From: Alphaproteobacteria bacterium
GTDB taxonomy: Bacteria; Pseudomonadota; Alphaproteobacteria; CAAHEQ01; UBA3637
DNA length: 64,000 nucleotides
NCBI GenBank assembly: GCA_045605805.1
Contig: JAZUQR010000027.1
Coordinates: 160,001-224,000 of the forward strand
Reading direction: 5' to 3'
Notes under the pieces: generated by a model
The model's input: the letters and a program-made list of their open reading frames with translations, nothing else
Databases searched by the model: none
Told to the model about the DNA's origin: nothing
Program-made: the position numbers and the translations under genes
Shown: positions 41,627-50,910 of the stretch, in pieces
Numbering within the stretch: the stretch's first letter is position 1
How the letters are laid out: every line of letters starts with the position of its first letter

Positions 41627-42088
41627 ATGGAAGAAAAAGAAAGAAAAAAGATTATTTTAACTGCATTAAAAGAAGCAAGCAAGGCTTTTCATCAAGAAGA
41701 AGTCCCTGTGGGGGCAGTTATTTTTAACACAAAAACAGGTCAAATTCTAAGCAAAGCCCATAATCTTGTGGAAAAACAAAAAAATCCATTAGCTCATGCC
41801 GAAATGTTGGTCTTGAAAAAGGCTTTATCAAAAGTGGAAGATAAGTTTTTAAGCGGTTATTCCATTTTTGTCACATTAGAACCATGTACCATGTGTGCTG
41901 GAGCAATTGCTTGGGCCAGATTGGATGCCCTATATTATGGCGCACAGGATGCAAAAACAGGGGCAATAGAGCAGGGGACAAAGGTCTTTACCCATCCCCA
42001 AACACATCATAAAATAAAAACACAACTTTGGCCCAATCTGGAATGTGGGGCTTTAATGACACAATTTTTCAAAAGGAAGCGCAAATGA
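41627..42088 (+). CDS. tadA: tRNA adenosine(34) deaminase
   Basis: [22 protein letters not shown]. Confidence 0.93.
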   Translation: MEEKERKKIILTALKEASKAFHQEEVPVGAVIFNTKTGQILSKAHNLVEKQKNPLAHAEMLVLKKALSKVEDKFLSGYSIFVTLEPCTMCAGAIAWARLDALYYGAQDAKTGAIEQGTKVFTHPQTHHKIKTQLWPNLECGALMTQFFKRKRK

Positions 42089-43332
42089 GTGAACAACCGA
42101 TTTTGTCTGTCACTGAAATCTCTTTGTCCTTAAAAAGTTGTGTAGAACAGGTTTTTGCTCACATCAAAGTGCGTGGAGAAGTGTCTGAAATCAAAAAAGC
42201 CACCTCTGGCCATATCTATTTTTCATTAAAAGATAAAGAATCTGTGCTATCATCCATTTGTTGGAAAGGCCACAGTTCGGCGGTGTTGCCCCACTTACAA
42301 GAAGGGTTGGAAATCATCTGCACAGGCAAACTCTCCACCTATCCGGGGCGTTCAAATTATCAAATGATTGTAGAATCGGCCGAACCGGCAGGAATAGGGG
42401 CTTTATTAAAACTGTTAAATGAACGAAAAGAAAAATTAGAAAAAGAAGGGCTATTTGATGCAAAACACAAAAAGCCCATTCCCTACCTGCCAAAAGTGAT
42501 TGGAGTGATTACAAGCCCAACCGGTGCCGTCATTCGGGATATTATCCATCGGGTCAGTGAACGCTTTCCTCGTCATATCATTGTGTGGCCGGTGGCGGTT
42601 CAAGGGGAAGGCTGTGCCGAACAGGTCACCTCTGCCATTCAAGGATTTAATCATCTACCAGAAAACGGCCCCATCCCCAAACCGGATGTTTTAATTGTAG
42701 CCAGAGGAGGGGGATCACTGGAAGACCTGTGGGGATTTAATGAAGAATGTGTGGTGCGGGCAGCCTTTGAATCAAAAATACCTTTAATCTCCGCTGTGGG
42801 GCATGAAACAGATACAACTCTCATTGATCTCGTGGCCGATTTACGCTCTCCCACCCCAACAGGTGCGGCAGAGAAGGCTGTTCCTGTGCGTTTGGAAATT
42901 ATGAACTTATTGAATAATAAAGAAAATTCGTTAAAAAACGGTCTGAATAGAAAACTCATTGAATCTAAATTAAAAATCCAAGCCTTAACCAATAAAATAC
43001 CTAATTTAACTGAAATAATTCAAGGATTTATCCAAAAATTGGATGATAAATCGGAAAGATTGGAATTGGCGTTAAAAAGATATCTGACCCATCAACAAGA
43101 ACACTTCAAACACATCAGGGCGCTTTTAACTTCTTATTCTTATGAATCGGTCTTAAAACGGGGTTTTGCCATCGTGTCAAGCCCAAATAAAGTGATTGTT
43201 GAAGCAAAAGAAGCCGGCTTACAAGAGATGTTAAATGTGCGTTTTTCAGATGGAACTATACAGGTTATCCCATTGAAAAATAAAGAAAATAAGCAAAAAC
43301 AAATAAAGGTTGACGAACCCTCTCTTTTCTAA
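42085..43332 (+). CDS. xseA: Exodeoxyribonuclease VII large subunit
   Basis: [29 protein letters not shown]; ATG 42085 overlaps the tadA stop. Confidence 0.97.
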   Translation: MSEQPILSVTEISLSLKSCVEQVFAHIKVRGEVSEIKKATSGHIYFSLKDKESVLSSICWKGHSSAVLPHLQEGLEIICTGKLSTYPGRSNYQMIVESAEPAGIGALLKLLNERKEKLEKEGLFDAKHKKPIPYLPKVIGVITSPTGAVIRDIIHRVSERFPRHIIVWPVAVQGEGCAEQVTSAIQGFNHLPENGPIPKPDVLIVARGGGSLEDLWGFNEECVVRAAFESKIPLISAVGHETDTTLIDLVADLRSPTPTGAAEKAVPVRLEIMNLLNNKENSLKNGLNRKLIESKLKIQALTNKIPNLTEIIQGFIQKLDDKSERLELALKRYLTHQQEHFKHIRALLTSYSYESVLKRGFAIVSSPNKVIVEAKEAGLQEMLNVRFSDGTIQVIPLKNKENKQKQIKVDEPSLF

Positions 43333-43524
43333 ATGTATACACAATGTAATCACAGAATAAAAAAGGAAGTAATAACAAAGTATATACATTATAAAAAATA
43401 AAAAAGCCGATTTACCTTGACATTTGAAAAAAAATGCTGTATATTCATTGTATTCTGAAAAAAAACTGTGGCACTTGATGATTTGCCACAGTATCTTTTT
43501 TCACAAAATTGAAAGGAGTACAAA

Positions 43525-44001
43525 ATGGAAGAGAAAGTCCCTATGACAAAAGCCGGTTTTGCCAGCTTAAACGAAGAATTAAAAAAATTGAAATATGAAG
43601 ATCGTCCAAACATCATTGCGGCCATTGAAGAAGCCCGCAGCCGTGGCGATTTATCCGAAAATGCCGAATATCATTCCGCTCGTGAACAGCAAAGTTTTAT
43701 TGAAGGGCGTATTCAAGATTTGGAAGGCGCACTTTCTCATGCCCAAGTTGTGGATACCGCTACTTTGTCCGGTGACAAGATTTTGTTTGGGGCCACTGTG
43801 GATGTATTAGATTGTGATACAGATGTCACATCCACCTATCAAATTGTGGGACAATACGAAGCAAATCTTGAAAAAGGATTGATTTCTTTCATCTCCCCCC
43901 TTGCAAAAGCCTTAATTGGAAAACAATTAGGAGATATTGTTGAAGTCAATACACCAAAAGGCGAAAAAGCTTACGAGGTTGCCGCTGTTCGCTATCTATA
44001 A
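43525..44001 (+). CDS. greA: Transcription elongation factor GreA
   Basis: [19 protein letters not shown]. Confidence 0.97.
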   Translation: MEEKVPMTKAGFASLNEELKKLKYEDRPNIIAAIEEARSRGDLSENAEYHSAREQQSFIEGRIQDLEGALSHAQVVDTATLSGDKILFGATVDVLDCDTDVTSTYQIVGQYEANLEKGLISFISPLAKALIGKQLGDIVEVNTPKGEKAYEVAAVRYL

Positions 44002-44015
44002 AAAAGAATAAAATC

Positions 44016-44046
44016 AAAAAAACCTCCCAAAAAGGAGGTTTTTTTT
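44016..44046 (+). terminator. Intrinsic terminator after greA
   Basis: AAAAAAACCTCC-CAAAAA-GGAGGTTTTTTTT. Confidence 0.8.
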
Positions 44047-44991
44047 ATGCAGACAGATATTTTAATTTTAGGCGCAGGCCCCGCTGGATTATCAGCCGCA
44101 ATCTATGCCGGCAGAAGTGGTTATACCACCACCCTTTTAACAGGACCGGAAGAGGGCGGTAAATTGTCTTTAACAAATACAATAGAAAACTATCCAGGCT
44201 TTGAAAACATAAGTGGCTATCAATTGACACAAAACTTGAAAAACCAAGCCATCAAAGCCCAAGTGCAAATCAAAAACGAAACAGCAATAAGCGTCAATGT
44301 AAAAACATATCCCTTTGAAATTACAACAGAAAAGGAATTATATCACACCCAAAGTTTAATCATTGCAACCGGCTCTGTTGTAAACTGGCTCAATTTGAAA
44401 TCAGAAGCAAGATTTAAGGGAAAAGGCATTTCTGTATGTGCCATTTGCGATGGATTTTTTTATAAAAACAAAACCGTTGCAGTGATTGGAGGAGGCAATA
44501 CAGCTATGTATGAAGCAATCCATTTGTCAAAAACCTCAAAAAAAGTTTTTATTATTTCAAATCAAGCCGCATTAAAAGGCGAGTTTGCCTTAAAAGAAAA
44601 AATCAAAAAAACAAATAATATCCACACCATTTTCAATGCAACAGTCATGGAGTTTGTGGGGCAAACAAAACTCACCCATCTAAAAATAAAAATAAAGGGC
44701 CAAGAACAGCCGCTTTTGCTGGCAGTGGATGGTTGCTTTGAAGCAGTTGGATTTTCGCCTGCAAGCCAGCTTTTTGAAAATCAACTAGCCATTTCAAACA
44801 CAGGCTACATCCAAACAAATTGCACTTCTTATCAAACAAGTATAGAAGGCATTTTTGCCTGTGGAGATATTCAAGAATCTAAAAACCGTCAAGCTATTAT
44901 TGCGGCCGGCTCTGGCGCAAAAGCAGCCTTATCAGCCATAGAATATCTGGAACAGAAAAGTTATCCCAAAACTTCCTTACTATATAAATAA
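44047..44991 (+). CDS. trxB: Thioredoxin reductase
   Basis: GAGPAG, IENYPG, CAICDG, GGGNTA, FACGD. Confidence 0.93.
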   Translation: MQTDILILGAGPAGLSAAIYAGRSGYTTTLLTGPEEGGKLSLTNTIENYPGFENISGYQLTQNLKNQAIKAQVQIKNETAISVNVKTYPFEITTEKELYHTQSLIIATGSVVNWLNLKSEARFKGKGISVCAICDGFFYKNKTVAVIGGGNTAMYEAIHLSKTSKKVFIISNQAALKGEFALKEKIKKTNNIHTIFNATVMEFVGQTKLTHLKIKIKGQEQPLLLAVDGCFEAVGFSPASQLFENQLAISNTGYIQTNCTSYQTSIEGIFACGDIQESKNRQAIIAAGSGAKAALSAIEYLEQKSYPKTSLLYK

Positions 44992-45280
44992 AATATATAT
45001 ATTTGTAGTAGTTATCTTGGGGATTGTGGGGATATTTTTTTGTAATTTTTCTTGACACGATTTTTACAAAGAATACGAATCGTTAAAAACAAAAGAAAAA
45101 CGATAATTTTTTGTGTAAAAAAACGAATCGGAAGGGTAAAAAACAGGCTGTGAATAAAAAACGCATAAAATAGGATAGAAAAACAAGACACCCTAAAATA
45201 ATCCATTAAAAGAACGATTATCCACATTATAAAAAAGTTATCCTTGAAAAAAACAAAAAATGTGGATATAATTATCCACA
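44978..45280. other. Probable chromosomal replication origin (oriC)
   Basis: AT-rich tract 44978-45011; TTWTNCACA boxes at 45112, 45149, 45218, 45272 and a near-box at 45261; parS/parAB adjacent; + strand appears to shift from C-rich to G-rich here (by eye). Confidence 0.8.
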
Positions 45281-45966
45281 TGAGAGAAATAGTATTAGAT
45301 ACAGAAACAACAGGTCTTGATCCTGAAACTGGGGACCGTATCGTTGAAATAGGGTGCGTTGAGCTTGTAAACCATATTCCAACGGGCAAAACCTATCATC
45401 AATACATCAATCCGGAACGCTCTATGAGCGAGGAAGTAATAGCCGTACACGGTTTAACAGAACAATTTTTGTCTGACAAGCCAAAGTTTGAAGAAATTGC
45501 CGACGATTTTTTGGCATTTGTTGGGGAAGATACATTAGTCATTCATAATGCTCCCTTTGATATGAAGTTTTTGAATTATGAATTAAACAAAGTAAATAGA
45601 CCTTTGCTAAAATACGAACATGTGCTGGACACATTGGTGATGGCACGCAAAAAATACCCTGGTTCTCGTGTCAATTTGAATGAATTATGTAAAAGATTCA
45701 ATGTAGATGCCTCCCGTAGAACAGTCCATGGAGCATTGCTGGATAGTGAATTATTGGCCGATGTTTATTTGGCAATGATTCTGGATAAAGAATTGAAATT
45801 TTCACAACCCATTGAAAAAAAAGAAAAAAAAGATATCCACACAAATGTTTCACGTGAAACATTATCCCCAAGAAGTTTTGAATTATTAACTGAGGAACTG
45901 GAAGCTCATAAAGAGTTTTTGAAAAAAATTAAAAATCCTTTGTGGGAAAAATTATCCACAGAATAA
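45280..45966 (+). CDS. dnaQ: DNA polymerase III epsilon subunit
   Basis: MREIVLDTETTG, HNAPFD, HGALLD exonuclease motifs. Confidence 0.96.
   Translation: MREIVLDTETTGLDPETGDRIVEIGCVELVNHIPTGKTYHQYINPERSMSEEVIAVHGLTEQFLSDKPKFEEIADDFLAFVGEDTLVIHNAPFDMKFLNYELNKVNRPLLKYEHVLDTLVMARKKYPGSRVNLNELCKRFNVDASRRTVHGALLDSELLADVYLAMILDKELKFSQPIEKKEKKDIHTNVSRETLSPRSFELLTEELEAHKEFLKKIKNPLWEKLSTE
45846..45861. promoter_or_regulatory. parS site inside dnaQ
   Basis: Perfect TGTTTCACGTGAAACA. Confidence 0.92.
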
Positions 45967-46001
45967 AAAAAATAGAAAAATAATTTTATCCACATAAAAA
46001 A

Positions 46002-46017
46002 TGTTTCACGTGAAACA
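46002..46017. promoter_or_regulatory. parS site between dnaQ and rsmG
   Basis: Perfect TGTTTCACGTGAAACA. Confidence 0.93.
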
Positions 46018-46105
46018 TTTTTTATTTTTTTATCATGAAAAAACTTGAAAATATATTTTTTTTTAATATAATGTAGAAAAATATACATAAAAAAAGGAAA
46101 TATAA

Positions 46106-46714
46106 ATGAAAACAAGGGCTGAATTGGAAAAAGAAATAACTCCTTGTGTTCCTCTGTTGAAAATGTATTGGGAACTTTTGTTAAAATGGCAAAAATCGGT
46201 CAATTTAATTTCGCCCAATACAATAAAAGACGGATGGGAACGGCATATTTTAGATTCTGCACAACTTTATTTTTTAATTGAAAATCAACAGCATATCTTG
46301 ATGGATGTGGGCAGTGGCGGGGGTTTACCGGCCATTGTTTTGGCTATAATGAATAAAACATTAAATGGACCTTTGACAGAAATTATTTTGGTGGAATCTG
46401 ATTTGAAAAAAAGTTTATTTTTGGCAGAATGTGCAAGACAGTTAAACTTAAAAATAAAAATTATGCGGGAACGGGTTGAAAAATTATCTTTAACGCCAGA
46501 TGTGATAACAGCCCGTGCTTTTGCGCCCTTAAATGAATTATTAAAACTTATCCACACAAATGTTTCACGTGAAACAATTTTACTTTTACCAAAAGGAAAA
46601 AATGTGTCAGAAGAAATAACAAACAATACATATAAGTGTGAGATTGAAAAAATAAAAAATATAATCAATTCAGATGGATGTGTTTTGAAAATAAGGGGGA
46701 TAGAATATGACTAA
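46106..46714 (+). CDS. rsmG: 16S rRNA m7G527 methyltransferase
   Basis: WQxxxNLI, RHILDSAQL, DVGSGGGLP, TARAFA; precedes parAB. Confidence 0.95.
   Translation: MKTRAELEKEITPCVPLLKMYWELLLKWQKSVNLISPNTIKDGWERHILDSAQLYFLIENQQHILMDVGSGGGLPAIVLAIMNKTLNGPLTEIILVESDLKKSLFLAECARQLNLKIKIMRERVEKLSLTPDVITARAFAPLNELLKLIHTNVSRETILLLPKGKNVSEEITNNTYKCEIEKIKNIINSDGCVLKIRGIEYD
46561..46576. promoter_or_regulatory. parS site inside rsmG
   Basis: Perfect TGTTTCACGTGAAACA. Confidence 0.92.
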
Positions 46715-47489
46715 ACCAACAATTTTTGCTGTGTCAAATCAAAAAGGCGGTGTGGGAAAAACAACAACGGTGGTGAACTTGGCAACTGCCTTGTCGGCCT
46801 TAAGAAAAAAGATTTTAATTATTGACTTGGATCCGCAAGGAAATGCCACAACAAGTTTGGGATTAAAACGTCAAATTGGTGGCAAAAGTTCTTACAGTGT
46901 CATGTTGGGACAATATAAGATAGAAGAAAGTATTTTAGAAACAGGGATTCCGTATCTGTACATCCTGCCTGCCAGTCAAGAGTTGTTAGGCGTTGATTTA
47001 GAATTGGCAGGTCAGGAAGGGTGTCAGTTTTTCTTCAAAAAAGCCTTAAATGAACTAAATAATTTTGATTATATTTTCTTTGATTGTCCGCCGGCGGTTG
47101 GAATGTTGACAATGAATGCCTTAGTGGCTGCCACAGATGTCATTATCCCTATTCAGTGTGAATATCTGGCATTAGAAGGGGTGGCGGACTTATTAAAAAC
47201 CATTGAAAAGGTTAGAAAAAACTTCAATCCAACCTTAAAAATCAAAGGAATATGTTTAACGATGTTTGATGGGCGATCTAACTTGTCTAAATCGGTGGTT
47301 CAAGATGTGCGTTCCTATTTTGGCGAGCTTGTTTTTGAAACAATTGTGCCACGAAATGTGCGTATTCCGGAAGCCCCTTCCCATGGAAAACCGGTGATGT
47401 TATATGATTTCAAAAGTGTCGGCGCACAAAGCTATGTCCGCCTTGCAAAAGAAGTGTTAAACAGAGAAAAGGAGAAAACAAATGGATAA
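46707..47489 (+). CDS. parA: Chromosome partitioning ATPase ParA
   Basis: NQKGGVGKTTT, DLDPQGNAT, DCPP, EAPSHG. Confidence 0.97.
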   Translation: MTKPTIFAVSNQKGGVGKTTTVVNLATALSALRKKILIIDLDPQGNATTSLGLKRQIGGKSSYSVMLGQYKIEESILETGIPYLYILPASQELLGVDLELAGQEGCQFFFKKALNELNNFDYIFFDCPPAVGMLTMNALVAATDVIIPIQCEYLALEGVADLLKTIEKVRKNFNPTLKIKGICLTMFDGRSNLSKSVVQDVRSYFGELVFETIVPRNVRIPEAPSHGKPVMLYDFKSVGAQSYVRLAKEVLNREKEKTNG

Positions 47490-48351
47490 AAGTTTAGGTC
47501 TTGGAAAAGGTTTAAGTGCCTTGATGGGGGATGATTTACCTTCGTTTAACCCTGTGATTCAAGAAACAGCCGAATCGTTGGATAAAATTATGATGGTAAT
47601 GTTGGATTCTTTAACGCCCAGCCGCTTTCAACCCCGCCGAGTGTTTGAAGAAAACGCCTTAAATGATTTGGTTGAATCCATCCGAGAAAAGGGGGTTTTG
47701 CAACCCTTGTTGGTCCGTCCAAATCCCAATAAAGCGGGTTATGAAATTATTGCAGGCGAACGCAGATATCGTGCATCGCAAAAAGCAGGATTGACACAAA
47801 TACCTGTTATCATTAAAAATTTTGATGATAAAAATGCATTAGAAGTGGCCTTGATTGAAAACCTTCAACGAGAGGATTTGAATGCGATTGAAGAAGCAGA
47901 GGCTTATGTGCGTCTGTTAAAAGAGTTTGATTATACACAGGAAGAATTATCCCGAGTGGTAGGAAAAAGCCGCAGTTATGTGGCGAATATGATGCGATTA
48001 TTGGAATTACCTGAATCAGTGAAAAAAATGGTGGCTGAAAAACAAATGACAGTTGGCCACGCAAGAACTTTACTCACTTCGCAAAATCCGGAAAAATTAG
48101 CCAAAGAAATTGTCAAAAAAGGGCTGAGTGTTCGGGAAACAGAACGCCTTGTTTCTGAACCGAAAAAAATAATTAAAACACCTAAGGTGGAAAAAGATAC
48201 AGATGTCGCCGCTTTGGAAAAAGATTTGTCTCAAATGTTGGGCGCACAGGTGTCTATCAAATGGAATGGTATCAAGGGAAGTGTGGTCATTCATTATGAT
48301 AGTTTGGGAAAATTAGATACGATTTTGCAAAAATTAACGCAACCCGCTTAA
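47482..48351 (+). CDS. parB: Chromosome partitioning protein ParB
   Basis: LGKGLSAL, QPR, IAGERRYRA, ENLQREDL, HTH. Confidence 0.97.
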   Translation: MDKSLGLGKGLSALMGDDLPSFNPVIQETAESLDKIMMVMLDSLTPSRFQPRRVFEENALNDLVESIREKGVLQPLLVRPNPNKAGYEIIAGERRYRASQKAGLTQIPVIIKNFDDKNALEVALIENLQREDLNAIEEAEAYVRLLKEFDYTQEELSRVVGKSRSYVANMMRLLELPESVKKMVAEKQMTVGHARTLLTSQNPEKLAKEIVKKGLSVRETERLVSEPKKIIKTPKVEKDTDVAALEKDLSQMLGAQVSIKWNGIKGSVVIHYDSLGKLDTILQKLTQPA

Positions 48352-49359
48352 ACTGTTGGCTGATTTTGTCATCTGTAAAAAGGTATATTCAATCAGCGTT
48401 TCTTTCGGAAGACCTGTTTGGCGAGTATTTTGTTCAAGTAAGCCCAATATATCCAATAAATGTAAAACAGAATTGGGTGTCCAAAAACGGGCTTGACGCA
48501 ATAAAGGTGTTTCTAAACGAAATTGATGCGAACGCAGGTTTTTTTTCACGACCATGGGCAAAGGTTCGGAAGTATCGCAAAGAATTAAAAGGAGGCGTTC
48601 AAAATAATCTCTGACCGATCGAAATAAAGCCACTTCTGATTCACCTGAGGATAAATATAAATGAATAAACTTTTGAACATTTTCAATTTTGCCATCGGCT
48701 AAATCAATGCATAAATCTTCTAAAGGTGTGTCTGAGGAGGTGGTTAAACAAGCTGATAAATCTGCCAAAGTCAGTTCTTTCTGATCACCTAAATAAAGCA
48801 AAAGTTTTTCAAGCTCTTGATTGATAACCTGTTGATTAAAAGAAACTTTTTGACATAACTCATTCAAAACAGTTTGAGAGATGCGTTTGTCGTGTTCTTG
48901 AAAATAACCTAAAACAGATTTTTGAATCTCTGCCAAAGAAGGCGTATAACAAGAAATCGCAAGAACTCTTGGATTTTTTTCTGCCTCTATCCGCAAAGCA
49001 TTTGTTTTATTCAAATTGCCACCTTGAATAATCAAAAGCGCATTCGTTTGTTTATGTTGTAAAAAATGCGTTAAAGCTGCTCCTGTAAAAGGAACATTTG
49101 CATCTACAAATAAAAAACGCCTTTCAGCAATTAAAGAAGGCATATTGGCCTCATCCGTAGCAATAAAAGGATTTTTATCAAACGATTCCTTAGATAAAAA
49201 TAATAAAGAATTGTTTTTTCCAACAAGACCAAAAAGTTGTTTTAATTGTGTGAAAGCATGGTTTAATTCCCCCTCATCAGAGCCAAACAAAACAACCGCA
49301 TCGGTGTGTTGTTGTAATTGAGTCGTTAAAGCCGAGATTTGAAAAGATTTTGCCTTCAC
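48334..49359 (-). CDS. holA: DNA polymerase III delta subunit
   Basis: LFGSDxG start, ELEKLLLY; usual alpha context lptE-holA convergent on parB. Confidence 0.85.
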   Translation of the reverse strand: MKAKSFQISALTTQLQQHTDAVVLFGSDEGELNHAFTQLKQLFGLVGKNNSLLFLSKESFDKNPFIATDEANMPSLIAERRFLFVDANVPFTGAALTHFLQHKQTNALLIIQGGNLNKTNALRIEAEKNPRVLAISCYTPSLAEIQKSVLGYFQEHDKRISQTVLNELCQKVSFNQQVINQELEKLLLYLGDQKELTLADLSACLTTSSDTPLEDLCIDLADGKIENVQKFIHLYLSSGESEVALFRSVRDYFERLLLILCDTSEPLPMVVKKNLRSHQFRLETPLLRQARFWTPNSVLHLLDILGLLEQNTRQTGLPKETLIEYTFLQMTKSANSLSGLR

Positions 49360-49814
49360 GGAGAGTTCCTATGTAAAAAAGCCGCAACATGTAAAGCAAT
49401 TTGCTCTGCCACAATAGAATAAAGGTTTTGTGCTGTTTTTTCTTCTGCCATCACGGTTGCATAAGGATTGGAAACAACCGCAGAGGAACCAGAAGAAGAA
49501 ACACTGTTTTCAAACAGTACTTTTTTATTTTTATCTAATAAAGTATAAGAAGTAGCTGTGGTAATCCGTTGCATAGTGATAAAATCTTTATCCGAGATAT
49601 TTTCATCAGACAAAGTTGTTTTGGGCGGATGAACCGTTAGTGTATAAAGACAGTTTTCCTTGTTTGGAAAGTGTTGTACCAAAGCCTGATAGATTTGAAA
49701 ACCGGAAGCCTCAGAAATAGGGGCAACACACACCTGATGAATGGATTTATCCACATACAAGGGTTGAAAAGAACAGGCGGTTAACAAAAAGAACGATAAA
49801 AATAAAAAACGCAT
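49356..49814 (-). CDS. lptE: LPS assembly lipoprotein LptE
   Basis: LTACSFQPLY lipobox; upstream of holA. Confidence 0.8.
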   Translation of the reverse strand: MRFLFLSFFLLTACSFQPLYVDKSIHQVCVAPISEASGFQIYQALVQHFPNKENCLYTLTVHPPKTTLSDENISDKDFITMQRITTATSYTLLDKNKKVLFENSVSSSGSSAVVSNPYATVMAEEKTAQNLYSIVAEQIALHVAAFLHRNSP

Positions 49815-49915
49815 ACAAACACCTCTTGTTTTTTAATGTCAGTATAACGGTTTTTAATAAAAAAAACAAGAAAAAAGAATGGACGAAAGAAGGAAAATAG
49901 GGTATAATCTTCAAT

Positions 49916-50770
49916 ATGAAAAAACAAAAAGTATTTATTATTGGCGGCCCAACAGCAAGCGGAAAATCTGCCTTAGCCATCCAATTAGCTCAACACTTCA
50001 AAAGTTGTGTTGTAAATGGGGATTCAATTCAAGTTTATAAGGATTTACGCTTGTTATCGGCTCGTCCCAGCCAATCGGATGAACAACAAGTGCCACATCA
50101 TCTGTTTGGTTATGTGGATGCGTGGACAACGCCGTCTATAACGGATTGGCTGGAACAAATTGAACAATTGATACCAACTGTTGAAAATCCCGTGATTGTA
50201 GGGGGAACAGGTATGTATTTGAATGCTTTAACAGAAGGGGTTAGTCCTGTGCCGGAAATCTCAAACGAAATCCGCCAACTGGTGCGTCAAATGCCATTAG
50301 AGGAGGTGCGCTCCCGTATGAAAGCCTATCCGTATCAAGATTCTCAACGCATCAGGAGGGCTTTGGAAGTGTTGTTGTCCACAGGAAAAGAGTTAAGCTA
50401 TTTTCATCATTTACCCAAAAAAAAATATATCAATGCCGATATCTGTTTAATTCATGTTTTGCCCCCTCGTGAAAAGGTCTATCAATCATGTGAAAAACGC
50501 TTTGAAATAATGATAAAAGAAGGGGCTATAGAGGAAGTAGCTCGTTTGAATGACTTAAAAGCAACAGGTGGGGTCTTAAAAGCCATTGGCGTGCCAGAAA
50601 TAAAGGCTTATTTGAAGGGTGAACTGTCTAAACAAGAAATGATTCAAAAAGCGGTGATTGCAACTCGTCAATATGCTAAACGCCAAATGACATGGTTCCG
50701 CCATCATGGTCAGCCAAATGTGGTTGTGGCAAATACTGCGGATATTAAAATAGAAGATATTACAAAGTAA
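49916..50770 (+). CDS. miaA: tRNA dimethylallyltransferase
   Basis: GPTASGKS, DSIQVY, VGGTGMY, TRQYAKRQxTW. Confidence 0.97.
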   Translation: MKKQKVFIIGGPTASGKSALAIQLAQHFKSCVVNGDSIQVYKDLRLLSARPSQSDEQQVPHHLFGYVDAWTTPSITDWLEQIEQLIPTVENPVIVGGTGMYLNALTEGVSPVPEISNEIRQLVRQMPLEEVRSRMKAYPYQDSQRIRRALEVLLSTGKELSYFHHLPKKKYINADICLIHVLPPREKVYQSCEKRFEIMIKEGAIEEVARLNDLKATGGVLKAIGVPEIKAYLKGELSKQEMIQKAVIATRQYAKRQMTWFRHHGQPNVVVANTADIKIEDITK

Positions 50771-50864
50771 TTACATATAAAAAGATATATTTTTCAATAT
50801 GTTATAAAAAATTAAAAAAAACAAACTGTAAAAGATGTAATTACAAAGTAATTTCCTCTTGACA
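50756..50864 (+). promoter_or_regulatory. Two operator-like palindromic boxes next to a TTGACA hexamer
   Basis: ATTACAAAGTAAT at 50759-50771 and 50840-50852, each overlapping GTAATTAC; TTGACA at 50859. Confidence 0.65.
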
Positions 50865-50910
50865 AGACAAAAAAAATATGTTCTAACTATCTGTGAAAGG
50901 AGGCCAAAGG

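Noticed and set aside
45012-45389. 125-aa minus-strand ORF across the origin region
   Set aside because: Phe/Ile-rich translation of A tracts, overlapping dnaQ antisense.
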